Source of the DNA: a virus
Taxonomy: Duplodnaviria; Caudoviricetes
Length of the DNA: 45,809 nucleotides
Reading direction: 5' to 3' (one strand)
Virus record (IMG/VR): IMGVR_UViG_3300027740_000038
Span: 1 to 45,809 of that record
Part shown: one piece after another, positions 35,719-45,053 of the stretch
How positions within the stretch are numbered: the stretch's first letter is position 1
Layout: the number at the start of each line of letters is the position of its first letter
Made by a program: the position numbers and the translations under genes
Notes under the pieces: model-generated
What the model saw: the letters and a program-made list of their open reading frames with translations, nothing else
The model's database searches: none
What the model was told of the DNA's origin: nothing

Positions 35719-36054
35719 ATGGATGATTTATCAGGGTTTACACTATTGCCAGCGATAAAAGGAAGTACCGCATGTCTAACGTGTGGTTGTGGCTCACACG
35801 ATAGTATGCACATGAATGATTTGCTTGCTGTTGGATTTGGTGATGTTACGGTTACACGAGACGGAGAAATAATATATAGCGAACAACAACAAAAAGAAAA
35901 TTTTTGGGAAGGGAAAGATGCTGAATCTGCCGCGATTAAAGACCCAAATCACGATTGGCGGGTTAATTTTTATGGGCCACTTTATGGAGCCGTATATCAA
36001 CGACAAGGGATAGGACATTGGGTACTTATCGAAAAAAGTGAGGGGTTTGCTTAA
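35719..36054 (+). CDS. Hypothetical phage protein
   Basis: RBS AAGGAG; CLTCG and AVGFG motifs. Confidence 0.7.
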   Translation: MDDLSGFTLLPAIKGSTACLTCGCGSHDSMHMNDLLAVGFGDVTVTRDGEIIYSEQQQKENFWEGKDAESAAIKDPNHDWRVNFYGPLYGAVYQRQGIGHWVLIEKSEGFA

Positions 36055-36087
36055 TAATAATTATCCCGCAAGGGACGAGGAGGGAAT

Positions 36088-36942
36088 ATGAGAGAAGATT
36101 TAGTATCATACAAAGAATCAGGAGTCATGGTGGATGGTGGTGATGATGTTATCCAGATAGCAGAACAAGCCGAAGCAAGGGTCGCGGCGGTAATAAAGAT
36201 AAAACGTGCCGCACTTATGGTTACAAACGGCGACGATTGGGTAGACCAAAATGGCAAACCCTACCTAATGGTAAGTGGAGCCGAGAAGGTTGCCAACCTG
36301 TTCAATATTTCATGGAGATTTTTGTCTCCTGAACCGATTAAGTCAGTCGATTCAGATGGAATAAATTTCACATATACATATTGCGCTGAATTCTTATTGG
36401 GTAAAAGATTTATCCAAGTAGAAGGCTCTCGGTCGAGCAAGGATAAGTTTTTTACTCAATATGATTATGGGGAAAAGGATGCTAACGGAAAATCAGAACG
36501 GACAGAAAAAAGCATAGCCGACCGTGATAATGAACGGGACGTAAAAATGGCTGCGTTAACCAACCTATTTGGCAATGGTATCACACGCATACTCGGTATC
36601 CGAAACTTATCATATGCCGACCTGAAAGAATTCGCTGGAATTACACCCGACATGATTGGCAAGGTGGAGTATAAAAATAAGGGCAATAAACCCCCTATTG
36701 CACAGCCCCAAGAGAAGCAGGCAACGGTTCCATCTGATGGGGAGATTATCGGAGATTCAACCCCTCCGCAACAGGGTGCAATATTTTCCATTCTCAAAAA
36801 ACTCGGCGTTGAAGATGAAATGGCAAAACATGAACGAGTAAGCAAAGTTCTTGGATTTGACCGCGTCATTCTTTCCATGAAGGAATTAAGCAAAAAACAA
36901 GCATCGACAGTAATAGAACAACTCGGCAAAGAATTAAAATAA
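36088..36942 (+). CDS. Putative single-strand annealing/recombination protein
   Basis: KPYL.VSGAEK motif, VKMA..N, C-terminal LSKKQASTVI; no specific family recognised. Confidence 0.5.
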   Translation: MREDLVSYKESGVMVDGGDDVIQIAEQAEARVAAVIKIKRAALMVTNGDDWVDQNGKPYLMVSGAEKVANLFNISWRFLSPEPIKSVDSDGINFTYTYCAEFLLGKRFIQVEGSRSSKDKFFTQYDYGEKDANGKSERTEKSIADRDNERDVKMAALTNLFGNGITRILGIRNLSYADLKEFAGITPDMIGKVEYKNKGNKPPIAQPQEKQATVPSDGEIIGDSTPPQQGAIFSILKKLGVEDEMAKHERVSKVLGFDRVILSMKELSKKQASTVIEQLGKELK

Positions 36943-37087
36943 GGAGGCGGGGGAAATCGGCGCGGGTAGAGTGCGCGAGAGAGTAGACGTTTGATATTCA
37001 GGTGGCATATGCACCTGAATATGAGTCGGCGTCGTTCCGAGAGTACCCCGGCTATAATGCTGGATTGATTAGGGAGAAAGGGGCCGA

Positions 37088-37519
37088 ATGAAAACCACTA
37101 AGCGTAAAAAGGCGGGCGCAGTCGAGCCGATGGTTAGCAACTTTCCGTCTTCCATTGGCAGACTGGAGCAGGCTAAGCGTTTTGCTCTATCGGACTTCGA
37201 CAAGTGGAACGATGTTACTGGATTAGTCGCTCCCCATACGTCCTATTATTACGAATTGCAAAGCTGCCTTGAAGATGCGGTTGAGTATGGTTGGTATCAT
37301 TCTATGAAAATACACTCAGTCATTCATAACGCCACAAAAAATGATTCCGCCTACGTTTGCAGGATTGACAAGGCAAAGACGCGCCTCGGAATGAAGTTCT
37401 TTTGCCCGAAGTGCAACAGATATATTTTGCCTGATCCGAGACACACGATCCGATACTTGACCGGAAGAGAGATACCGAATCTTTTGAAAGATAGACCGTT
37501 TCGGATACGGTTTTATTGA
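37088..37519 (+). CDS. Hypothetical protein, possibly a fusion of two cassette genes
   Basis: attC-like right half (AGTCGAGC-CGATG-GTTA) in the N-terminus; internal GTTGGTATCA at 37290 followed by ATG 37304. Confidence 0.55.
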   Translation: MKTTKRKKAGAVEPMVSNFPSSIGRLEQAKRFALSDFDKWNDVTGLVAPHTSYYYELQSCLEDAVEYGWYHSMKIHSVIHNATKNDSAYVCRIDKAKTRLGMKFFCPKCNRYILPDPRHTIRYLTGREIPNLLKDRPFRIRFY

Positions 37520-37522
37520 TAC

Positions 37523-37563
37523 CAACAAGGAGTTGAGGCCGTATGGCCTCGAACGATAGGTTA
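37523..37563 (-). repeat. attC-like site
   Basis: Plus strand: CAAC-AAGGA-GTTGAGG-CCGTATGG-CCTCGAAC-GATAG-GTTA(TG). Confidence 0.75.
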
Positions 37564-37718
37564 TGAAAAAAACACTCTACGAAAAAGCGTATCAGAAGGC
37601 TAAAGAAATCAGTCATTCTAAAAAGTGGTCAAAATTGCTTGACACAATCGACCGCAAAGTTCGATTTGAAGATGGGTATGCCGCCGGTTGGCTTGATAGA
37701 CATTACGAAAAAAAATAA
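37563..37718 (+). CDS. 51-aa hypothetical protein (cassette gene)
   Basis: ATG overlaps the GTTA core and TAA overlaps the next TAAC core; MKKTLYEKAYQKAKE... Confidence 0.55.
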   Translation: MKKTLYEKAYQKAKEISHSKKWSKLLDTIDRKVRFEDGYAAGWLDRHYEKK

Positions 37719-37766
37719 CCATGAAATGAGCAACGAGCGAAGCGAGTTTGCTCGATTGACTTGTTA
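37716..37766 (-). repeat. attC-like site
   Basis: Plus strand: TAAC-CATGA-AATGAGC...GCTCGATT-GACTT-GTTA. Confidence 0.8.
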
Positions 37767-37775
37767 GGAGGAATC

Positions 37776-38009
37776 ATGCGATCAAGAGAAGAGCAACGGG
37801 AAGAGCGTCGGCAGTATGAAAATGACGTGTTTTATGATGTGTGGCGCAGCGGTGGTAATCCAGATCGAATTGACTATGACCGCGTAAACGATCATTACTA
37901 TGACGGCATGAATCACGATGAAGCCGCGAATTTTGAGTTACGAAAGCAGCAACCTAAATCCGAATTGCCAAGTGAAGAAGAATGGGAAGAACAGCAGGAA
38001 CAAGGATAA
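37776..38009 (+). CDS. Acidic hypothetical protein (cassette gene)
   Basis: RBS AGGAGG; stop lies in a TAAC core. Confidence 0.65.
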   Translation: MRSREEQREERRQYENDVFYDVWRSGGNPDRIDYDRVNDHYYDGMNHDEAANFELRKQQPKSELPSEEEWEEQQEQG

Positions 38010-38055
38010 CGTGCGCGTGTGGGGCGCGGAAGCGTCCCTCACGAGCGTTTTGTTA
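38007..38055 (-). repeat. attC-like site
   Basis: Plus strand: TAAC-GTGCG-CGTGTGG...TCACGAGC-GTTTT-GTTA. Confidence 0.7.
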
Positions 38056-38081
38056 TAAATTATATTTTTATAGGAGGGTAC

Positions 38082-38336
38082 ATGAGATACAGATTTTACT
38101 TTAAAGACTGCGAGCCAGTAGAGGTAACAGCGTTTGATTTTAAACTTAGAACGCCAAAAAGCATAGTAACATGGCCTTATGGATCAGAGGGTCGGGGATC
38201 TACGGTTGATATTGCGTTTGGTTCTGCGATTGCCAGAATTGCGGACGATCACGATAGAACGGTTTATGAAGACACACGCGAATCTGGTGGGGCGCATGGG
38301 TTATTAGAAGGTTACGTAACAAAGGGACACAATTAA
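38082..38336 (+). CDS. Hypothetical protein
   Basis: RBS AGGAGG before MRYRFYF. Confidence 0.6.
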   Translation: MRYRFYFKDCEPVEVTAFDFKLRTPKSIVTWPYGSEGRGSTVDIAFGSAIARIADDHDRTVYEDTRESGGAHGLLEGYVTKGHN

Positions 38337-38378
38337 GACTTAATGCTGAGTTGAGCCGCTTGTCGACGGGAGGTAAAT

Positions 38379-38567
38379 ATGGACAAGACTTATGCAGACC
38401 TGATGGAATCCTATTCTAAACTTGGCATTCGCAATATAGAACATTGGGAGGCATCCTGTGATTATTGCAAAAATCAGGAAGGACGGGATTTTTGTAAATT
38501 GTTTTCCCTCCAAATGAAAGACATGGACTTCCTTCGTTGCGATTCTTTTGAATGGAAAATAATATGA
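38379..38567 (+). CDS. Cys-rich hypothetical protein
   Basis: RBS GGAGG; CDYC...C...C. Confidence 0.6.
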   Translation: MDKTYADLMESYSKLGIRNIEHWEASCDYCKNQEGRDFCKLFSLQMKDMDFLRCDSFEWKII

Positions 38568-38938
38568 AATATGATTTATCCGGGAAGATTGTAAAAAACG
38601 CTGACGTTCCCTGCGGTAATTGTCATGCGTGTTGCGAGCGGGATTTAATTTTTCTGCATCCTGAATGCGGAGACATCATCGATGATTACGAGCATGAACC
38701 TGCGCCCAAACCATTTGAGGGAAGATTTATATTGCGGCATTCCTTAAACGGGGACTGTTATTATCTCGGCCTGAATGGTTGCGTGATTCACGGGAAGGCC
38801 CCGGCAATCTGTAGAGAGTTTGACTGTAGGGAATTTGCGCGGAGTCTTGGATATACTCAGGCGCGGAAAATGAAAAAACGTGGTATAATAAGCGCAAAGA
38901 TATTGAATATTGGGAAGCGATTATTAAAGGAGAAATAA
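38552..38938 (+). CDS. YkgJ-family cysteine-cluster (CxxCxxCC) protein
   Basis: CGNCHACC, GDCYYL, GCVIH..AP.ICREFDC. Confidence 0.8.
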   Translation: MENNMKYDLSGKIVKNADVPCGNCHACCERDLIFLHPECGDIIDDYEHEPAPKPFEGRFILRHSLNGDCYYLGLNGCVIHGKAPAICREFDCREFARSLGYTQARKMKKRGIISAKILNIGKRLLKEK

Positions 38939-38939
38939 C

Positions 38940-39149
38940 ATGATTGAACTCGCTCACGCCATTTGCGACCTGTCTCGTATGAGTATTTTTGCAATCGGCT
39001 TCTTCCTCGGCTGTGTGTTTTGTACATGCGTTGCCGGGTGGATATGGATGTCTCTCACGAAAGGCACGAAACGAAAGCCGAGTGATTCTCAAGCAGAAAA
39101 GGCCGCTATGAAATTTATACGTAATTCGACGGATAATCCTTCTCAATGA
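38940..39149 (+). CDS. Small membrane protein
   Basis: One TM helix; RBS AAGGAG. Confidence 0.55.
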   Translation: MIELAHAICDLSRMSIFAIGFFLGCVFCTCVAGWIWMSLTKGTKRKPSDSQAEKAAMKFIRNSTDNPSQ

Positions 39150-39459
39150 GATGTTTTGCCAGTCGTCTGCTATTTTCTATTCGTTGTTTTTCTGGACAGA
39201 AATATTCCCGGATTGTGCTGCATCGTTCATCGAAAAACTTCCGGCAATGACAATGCGAACCGATTTTATACAGGCACATTGTTTTCATGGGTTCCCTCCT
39301 TATCAATCAATTCCACATCTTCATTTCTAAAAGCCATCATAAAAATCGGGAAATATGGACATGATTTTTTATGCCATATTCCCGCCGCCAACCCTTTATG
39401 TCCGCAATTGCATATTTCGCGGGATTGTTTTCGTAAATCCTCAAATATTTTTTGCATGG

Positions 39460-39669
39460 TTATCTTCTCCCGTATATATTCCCAAACATAGCCATCAGTC
39501 TCGCAACATATGACATATTCATATCATTGCGTTGTTTTTGCTCGCGCTGTTCAGGTGTCAAAACGACTTCGCATTCCTGCCGTTCACGTTCTGCTATCAT
39601 TTCTTTGTCACGGATAAGAGCAGAACTTCTTCGTTCCTCAAATGTACCTCTATTTTTTGCGTTTCCCAT
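39460..39669 (-). CDS. Hypothetical phage protein (MG.AK.RGTFEER type)
   Basis: N-terminal pattern seen in small phage ORFs. Confidence 0.6.
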   Translation of the reverse strand: MGNAKNRGTFEERRSSALIRDKEMIAERERQECEVVLTPEQREQKQRNDMNMSYVARLMAMFGNIYGRR

Positions 39670-39876
39670 AATTTAATTCCCTTTCACATAAAGAAACTGA
39701 ATCGAATATGCCCATCATTAATTGGTCAAAATCTACTTCTTTGGCGGCCAACTCAAGACGAACTGCCCCCTGAATCAAGTTGCCCTGTGCAATAAGTATC
39801 TCTGCTTTTTTGATGTACTTTTTCATATTGACTATACGTTCAGAGAGCGCATTTTTACAAACATCAGATGTGGTCA

Positions 39877-40479
39877 TTATTTTTCCTCTCTCATCACCTG
39901 CTCTAATATCGCAGATAGATTTATCGTTCCTGCTGCTGCCCATTCCCATGCTGCCTGTGCTGCCTTTGCTGCCCATTCTGCTGCCCGTGCTGCCCCTGCT
40001 GCCTCTGCTGCTGCTGCCCGTGCTGCATCTGCTACTGCCCATGCTGCCTCTGCTGCTGCCCATGCTGCCCATGCTGCCTGTGCTGTCCTATCTTTCCCGC
40101 TGAGCCAATTATTTGCCCATTCCACCCACTTAGCGTCTGTGTACACCAATTTGGTGCACAGAATTCCCGCTCGCACCTTTTGTGCTGTTGTCATTTCCGG
40201 GAGGGGAATTTTGCGCAACAGGCGGGCGCGTTTTGTGCCGCCCTTCAGCCCATCATGTGCCACACTGCTGTCTATTTCCATTTCCCATAATTTGGGATTG
40301 GAAATATTGGCATGGATGGGATTCAAAAACACCGCCGTCAATGGCGTATCGTAGTAATGGATTACTTCGTTCGTACAGAGCGTATTACCGGGTATGTCTA
40401 TGCTCTGCCATTCGTTTACCGTCCACAGAAATTCATTATGGGTCTGATTTTTTTCATCAGTCAATTTATATTTTATCAT
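39877..40479 (-). CDS. Phage protein with C-terminal AAWAA low-complexity repeats
   Basis: YKLTD...LC...IHYY..PL.A...NPIHA; GCA/GCATGG repeats at ~39950-40085. Confidence 0.75.
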   Translation of the reverse strand: MIKYKLTDEKNQTHNEFLWTVNEWQSIDIPGNTLCTNEVIHYYDTPLTAVFLNPIHANISNPKLWEMEIDSSVAHDGLKGGTKRARLLRKIPLPEMTTAQKVRAGILCTKLVYTDAKWVEWANNWLSGKDRTAQAAWAAWAAAEAAWAVADAARAAAAEAAGAARAAEWAAKAAQAAWEWAAAGTINLSAILEQVMREEK

Positions 40480-40658
40480 TTCAATCCCTCCTGTTGGTCT
40501 TCCCTTTCCTCTTCCCTTTCCTCTTCTGCCGTCAGCCAATCATCGAGTGCCCATCGGAGCACGGCATTTTTGTGCTCGCCGGTGCGGTCGATGTATGCCT
40601 GAAAACGCTCAACGAGTGCCTTGTCCATCGTTACCTGTTCCTTACTGTGTATTTTCAT
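40476..40658 (-). CDS. Ribbon-helix-helix-like small regulator
   Basis: Beta-helix-helix pattern ...KNAVLRWALDDWL. Confidence 0.5.
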   Translation of the reverse strand: MKIHSKEQVTMDKALVERFQAYIDRTGEHKNAVLRWALDDWLTAEEEREEEREDQQEGLK

Positions 40659-40829
40659 TTTATCTCCTTTGCCTTTTTATGCGAAACCGTACCCATGCGA
40701 CAATCCCGCCGCCGGGGAGTTTATAGCCCCAATGTGATTTCCGTCCTATAGATGGGGCTAAATTATAGAACACTATATCAACAATAAAAAACACCACATA
40801 AAACACAATTATTATTATATCAATAGTAG

Positions 40830-41081
40830 TCATTTTGCCTCCTCTATATCTGGTAATGCTGGCATTTTTGCCGAGATGAATTTGCCTTCACCGCCCCATT
40901 CTTCTCTGAACCAAAACGCACCAGAACGAGTTATCATTACCCCGTTTGATATTTTTGAGACTTTAATAGAATTTAATTCAGGTTTTATGCCCCTTTCTTT
41001 TTCTTTTTTATAAGGCCAACCATAGAACCAATAAAAGCCGGGTTCTGTAGGCCATTCAGTTGACCATTCATATTTTTTCAT
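40830..41081 (-). CDS. Hypothetical protein (WPTEPGFYW motif)
   Basis: RBS AAGGAG. Confidence 0.65.
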   Translation of the reverse strand: MKKYEWSTEWPTEPGFYWFYGWPYKKEKERGIKPELNSIKVSKISNGVMITRSGAFWFREEWGGEGKFISAKMPALPDIEEAK

Positions 41082-41247
41082 TTTATCTCCTTTTCTCGTC
41101 TATTCAGTGCCGATGCACATGTTACAGCAATGCTGTATGATTCATCCGACGATAACTGGTCTATGCCTGTCGCTGGATTTATTACGGGAATATCAATAAT
41201 AATTCCATCGTCTGAACAAACCATGCTTCCTGTTGCGCTCCATATTC

Positions 41248-41595
41248 TCATTTTCCCTCCTTCACTCTCACGCGCTCGCCGGAGGGTAACAACCAGGGAC
41301 CAAATTCTCTTATGCGTGATTCGGCCTCTGTTATTAATTCCCCTGTCGTCAAATCGCGGACGAATTCACCATTACTGCAATTACAGCATGAATTGAGAGG
41401 AAGATGGGTTCCGCACAGGCATTTACACTTCTTCACAGCCTCCAAGCCGACAATAGGCTGCTTCATGTCGGCGTCTACGAGGGTGAGGATAGTATCGGCT
41501 GTGTCAAGACCACTCGGTATTGCATCATTATGGTGTAATATCAGTTTTGCTTCATGCTGATAAATTATTTGTGCTATCTGTTCTCTCAGGTTCAT
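41248..41595 (-). CDS. Hypothetical protein
   Basis: RBS GAGG; Cys cluster. Confidence 0.6.
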   Translation of the reverse strand: MNLREQIAQIIYQHEAKLILHHNDAIPSGLDTADTILTLVDADMKQPIVGLEAVKKCKCLCGTHLPLNSCCNCSNGEFVRDLTTGELITEAESRIREFGPWLLPSGERVRVKEGK

Positions 41596-41988
41596 TTCCT
41601 CTCCTCCATAAGGGCTTCATTTACGCTATCACGATATTTTTCTAAGACTTCATTCCTTCCCCATCCAGTCTTTTCAGCAAGTTTTAGTCTGAACAATTCC
41701 TCAATACGTTTCAGCAAATCTTTTGTATTCATTTTGTCCACCTCGGCTTGATATTATTTCTCAGGTATATTTGCGTCATCAAAGGTCTCCTTTTCTGTCA
41801 GCGCTTTCCTGTACCATTACAATCGGTACATTTTTTACCGCTACCATTTTCTCCATATCCATCACACTTAGGGCATTTAATACCATGTATCAAACACCCA
41901 TTATTTACATATCGTTTAAGTTTACGTGCCCAGCCACATTTACAATGACCAGGAAGTCCTATATCTCCACGTCGTGTTGGATTAAATC

Positions 41989-42285
41989 TCATTTCCCCTC
42001 CTTTTCTTTCAGCACTTTTATTTTCTCGTCGATTTCCTTCTGCATTTGGCATTGATAGGTGTGAGGACAATTACTATCTATACACTCAGAATCATAGGTT
42101 CCCTCACAATGATTATAAACACTCCAATATCCCCGGCACGCTTCCTCGTGAATCAGTTGGAGCAAGTCCGCGAGTTTTACATTTTCATCACGAACTTTTA
42201 TTTCACCATTCGGCAAAACAATAATCGGTCTCCTGGGACCATCCAAAAGCGTTTCTAATTCTGCGGCTGTGGGTTTATTGTTCAT
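41989..42285 (-). CDS. Hypothetical protein
   Basis: ATGA coupling to the Cache gene. Confidence 0.55.
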   Translation of the reverse strand: MNNKPTAAELETLLDGPRRPIIVLPNGEIKVRDENVKLADLLQLIHEEACRGYWSVYNHCEGTYDSECIDSNCPHTYQCQMQKEIDEKIKVLKEKEGK

Positions 42286-42740
42286 CTTGATGCCCCACAG
42301 GAAATAATTATATTTCCCGTTTTCTCGAAATACGCAATTTTTTCTTCAATCCTGCCGCTCACAGGATTGTACCATTTGTACGACTGCGTACCAAACCCGG
42401 CTACGGTCGCTATTCTGATGCGATCCGCCACAAAATGGAACCCATCTACGTCTCGCAATTCCATCAGATTCATGCCGATGAGAAGTTGGTCATCCCCGTT
42501 GGCAAGACACCTTCCCGTCATGTCAACAACCTCGACATACAGGTCCCGGTCATGAAACCATTTTTGCCGACGGTCGCTGAATGTTTTTAGAGCCGTCGCC
42601 GAATCTGCTGTTTGGTAGTAGACAACGGCTTTTTGCACCATCGCCTTTACATCAGCCCGCGTTCCCATCATTGTCTCGTCTGCGTATGCAACGAGACCGA
42701 AACAACATACCAGTGCTGCTACTGCGAATAGCTTTTTCAT
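42282..42740 (-). CDS. Secreted single Cache-domain protein
   Basis: Signal peptide; AMVQKAV.YY, F.DRDLYV.V.D, LIG.N..ELRDVDG..F, Y.WYNPVSG.IEEK.AY, IISCG. Confidence 0.88.
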   Translation of the reverse strand: MKKLFAVAALVCCFGLVAYADETMMGTRADVKAMVQKAVVYYQTADSATALKTFSDRRQKWFHDRDLYVEVVDMTGRCLANGDDQLLIGMNLMELRDVDGFHFVADRIRIATVAGFGTQSYKWYNPVSGRIEEKIAYFEKTGNIIISCGASR

Positions 42741-43096
42741 TGTGATACCTCCTTGATTATTGTGATTGCAATTTCGATTCCCTCCGCAAGTAATGCCATA
42801 CGGAATGCTTGCGAGTAGTCAGCACGTTTGGCGCATCCCATTGCGCTATCTCTGTAATTTTTTGACAGTTCAGAAAGTTTTGTTATGAGTTTTGTTTTGT
42901 CCATCTTACGGCCTCCTTTAATTCATCCTCATCGGTATAACATCATCGGCGGTAATACACGACAGCCGCCCGTATTCATCGCGGCAGTAAAATTGATTGT
43001 TCTGTTCCCAAATGTGCTCATATCCGACGCTACACGCGATTGCCGCCGCCTCGCGCAAATCCCAAAGGGAATACACCGTTGCCAGTCTCCGCAGAA

Positions 43097-43450
43097 CTAA
43101 TTTTTCGTTTCGCATAAGATAACCTCAATATCATTTTGAACCTCTTCGATACTTAATCCTTTTGCGTCGGCGATAAAGTTTCGCAGAGCGCATAATACAC
43201 CCTGCGCGTCATGGGGCGTTTTAAGGAGGTGCAAATATGCCATTTGAGCGGCTTTTAGTCCAGCCGGCGCGGCGGCGATAAGCCGAGCATTGGCAAAAGC
43301 AGAGCCTCCGTGTTCATCGCATATCCATTGGTCATGCAGGTGTGCAATATGGGATACATACCCTGGGCCAATTTTAATAACATCTGTACGTTCGTTTTCA
43401 TTGCCGCCAGCAATTTTCCACGGTCCCGGCGTAAATTTATCCTTTTCCAT
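43097..43450 (-). CDS. Hypothetical phage protein (TPGPW...ANARLIAAAP type)
   Basis: Recurrent phage motif pair. Confidence 0.7.
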   Translation of the reverse strand: MEKDKFTPGPWKIAGGNENERTDVIKIGPGYVSHIAHLHDQWICDEHGGSAFANARLIAAAPAGLKAAQMAYLHLLKTPHDAQGVLCALRNFIADAKGLSIEEVQNDIEVILCETKN

Positions 43451-43475
43451 GATGGGCGCTCCTTTCGTTTTTTTT

Positions 43476-44712
43476 GCCGCTTCCGGGTTTAGTGTGGGTT
43501 ACCCCAAGATGTTGTGGTTCTTTGGATAGCCCGGTTCATGCTGCTTCTGCCCTCGGGTAGAGATCAAGACCTCCACAGTGAAAGTAGATCGCAGCTTTGT
43601 AGTGGTCACGGTTGCGGTAACCACATGCCATCAGCTTGATCATTTGGATCTTGCTGTTGATTCCCTCCGATGTTGCGTTCGTAATCCGATGTTTGAAGTA
43701 GGTCAGAAGGTTGGCGAGGTGCCGCTTCAGTGTTTTGGCCGCTTCGATGATCGGGGCAAGCTTTGAGTGTGTTGCCCAGAAGTACCATGCCTTGAAGTAT
43801 TTCTCCGCGCACTTCGCGTACGCATAAGACCAGAAGGCTCGGAGGGACTCCTTGATCGCCCAAGCCCGGCCCGTCTTAAGGTCGGCGTTCTTCACGTCCT
43901 CGAACTCCTCACGCCGCCATTCCGGCATATTCTCTTCATTCCAGAGCCAGAGATATCTCGTCCCTTTAAGCCGAAAATCATCGTGTGCGGCCAATACCTT
44001 GTGTTCTCCCCGCCGCACCTTGTCTACGGCCTTCGTTACCTGCGTCGTTGCGTGATATCGGTCAAAGACGATCTTTTCATCAGCATTGGGCACATATGCC
44101 CGTGTCGCAGCGACGTAAGGGTCCCACATGTCCATGGCGATCCCCTTGATCCGAGCCATCTCTTCCTCCGTAAACTGCTTATAATAGCGCTCCAAGCTCG
44201 CCTGCTCCCGGTCGTCGACGACATGCTCGACGACCGCTCGGTCAAGATCGCACACGATAGTCTCGTACTTCTGGCCCTTTCCGACCGACTTCTCGTCTAT
44301 CCCAATATAGGCCGGCACCCGCTTCTTCTTCCGAGCAAGCCCGCGCGTGACCGCCCGAAGCATCACGCCCCATGTTTCATCCCAGCTCGTTCCGGAAAGA
44401 CGGGTCACGCCAGTCACATCGCATTCCTTGAGCGTATCGATCAGCCGCGCCTCAAACAGCCTTGTAAACTGAGATCGCGGTTCCGCCCAGGGAGCGCGAA
44501 TCTGCTTCACCCTGTCCACCGAACACGTAGTTCGCGGAAGACGAGCGTGTATATACGTCTGACACTGGCACGTATCCAGGTGCCGCCACTCCTGTTCCTC
44601 GGTATGGTCATATACCGGCACCTCCTGCTTGCACACAGCGCAGGGAAACGTCGACCCGGACGCTTCTTCGACCCACACATCGATGCGGCTTGCTGTCATA
44701 TCCACCTGAACC
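43476..44712 (-). mobile_element. ISL3-family insertion sequence, 5'-truncated
   Basis: Transposase plus an ISL3-like right end (GCCGCTTCCGGGTTTAGTGTGGGT); no matching left IR found; GC-rich relative to the phage. Confidence 0.8.
43536..44705 (-). CDS. ISL3-family DDE transposase (N-terminus apparently missing)
   Basis: CAVC...WRHLD zinc finger, IGIDE, MDMW, FDRYH, TNATSEGINSKI, GYRN. Confidence 0.9.
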   Translation of the reverse strand: MDMTASRIDVWVEEASGSTFPCAVCKQEVPVYDHTEEQEWRHLDTCQCQTYIHARLPRTTCSVDRVKQIRAPWAEPRSQFTRLFEARLIDTLKECDVTGVTRLSGTSWDETWGVMLRAVTRGLARKKKRVPAYIGIDEKSVGKGQKYETIVCDLDRAVVEHVVDDREQASLERYYKQFTEEEMARIKGIAMDMWDPYVAATRAYVPNADEKIVFDRYHATTQVTKAVDKVRRGEHKVLAAHDDFRLKGTRYLWLWNEENMPEWRREEFEDVKNADLKTGRAWAIKESLRAFWSYAYAKCAEKYFKAWYFWATHSKLAPIIEAAKTLKRHLANLLTYFKHRITNATSEGINSKIQMIKLMACGYRNRDHYKAAIYFHCGGLDLYPRAEAA

Positions 44713-44892
44713 TTAAATTTTTTCTATCCAAGCCGCAACAAAGCGGTCTGGGTAGGAGTATATGGTCGAAACCATATACTCCTTTTCTGAGTGCATCTGT
44801 ACGATAGATGCACTCATTTTCATAGCTTCCTCAATCGAGGAAGCCTCTCCTATGCACTCTGCATAGGGATGGTGACTCTCAAAAATTTTCAT
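44713..44892 (-). CDS. 59-aa hypothetical protein, first gene of the leftward arm
   Basis: RBS GGAGG; own translation MKIFESHHPYAECIGEASS... Confidence 0.5.
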   Translation of the reverse strand: MKIFESHHPYAECIGEASSIEEAMKMSASIVQMHSEKEYMVSTIYSYPDRFVAAWIEKI

Positions 44893-45020
44893 TTCTCAAT
44901 CCCTCCTATTGGTCTGCGAGGCCCTGAGAGCCTCGGCTATGGCGGCCTGCGCCGCCTCAAATGGTGTATGAGGAGGCCGACGGTATGTCATTTTGGCCTC
45001 CTCTCTAATACCCTATATAC

Positions 45021-45036
45021 TGCATACCCTATGCCA
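45021..45036 (-). promoter_or_regulatory. sigma54 -24/-12 promoter motif
   Basis: TGGCATAGGGTATGCA = GG-N10-GC. Confidence 0.6.
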
Positions 45037-45053
45037 TAATATATACTATATAT

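Noticed and set aside
39650-40354. Alternative-frame ORFs (MGSMGSS..., LLPMLP..., AAHAA...)
   Set aside because: By-products of the stop-free GCA repeat tract
43767-44807. 346-aa plus-strand ORF
   Set aside because: Antisense shadow of the GC-rich ISL3 transposase
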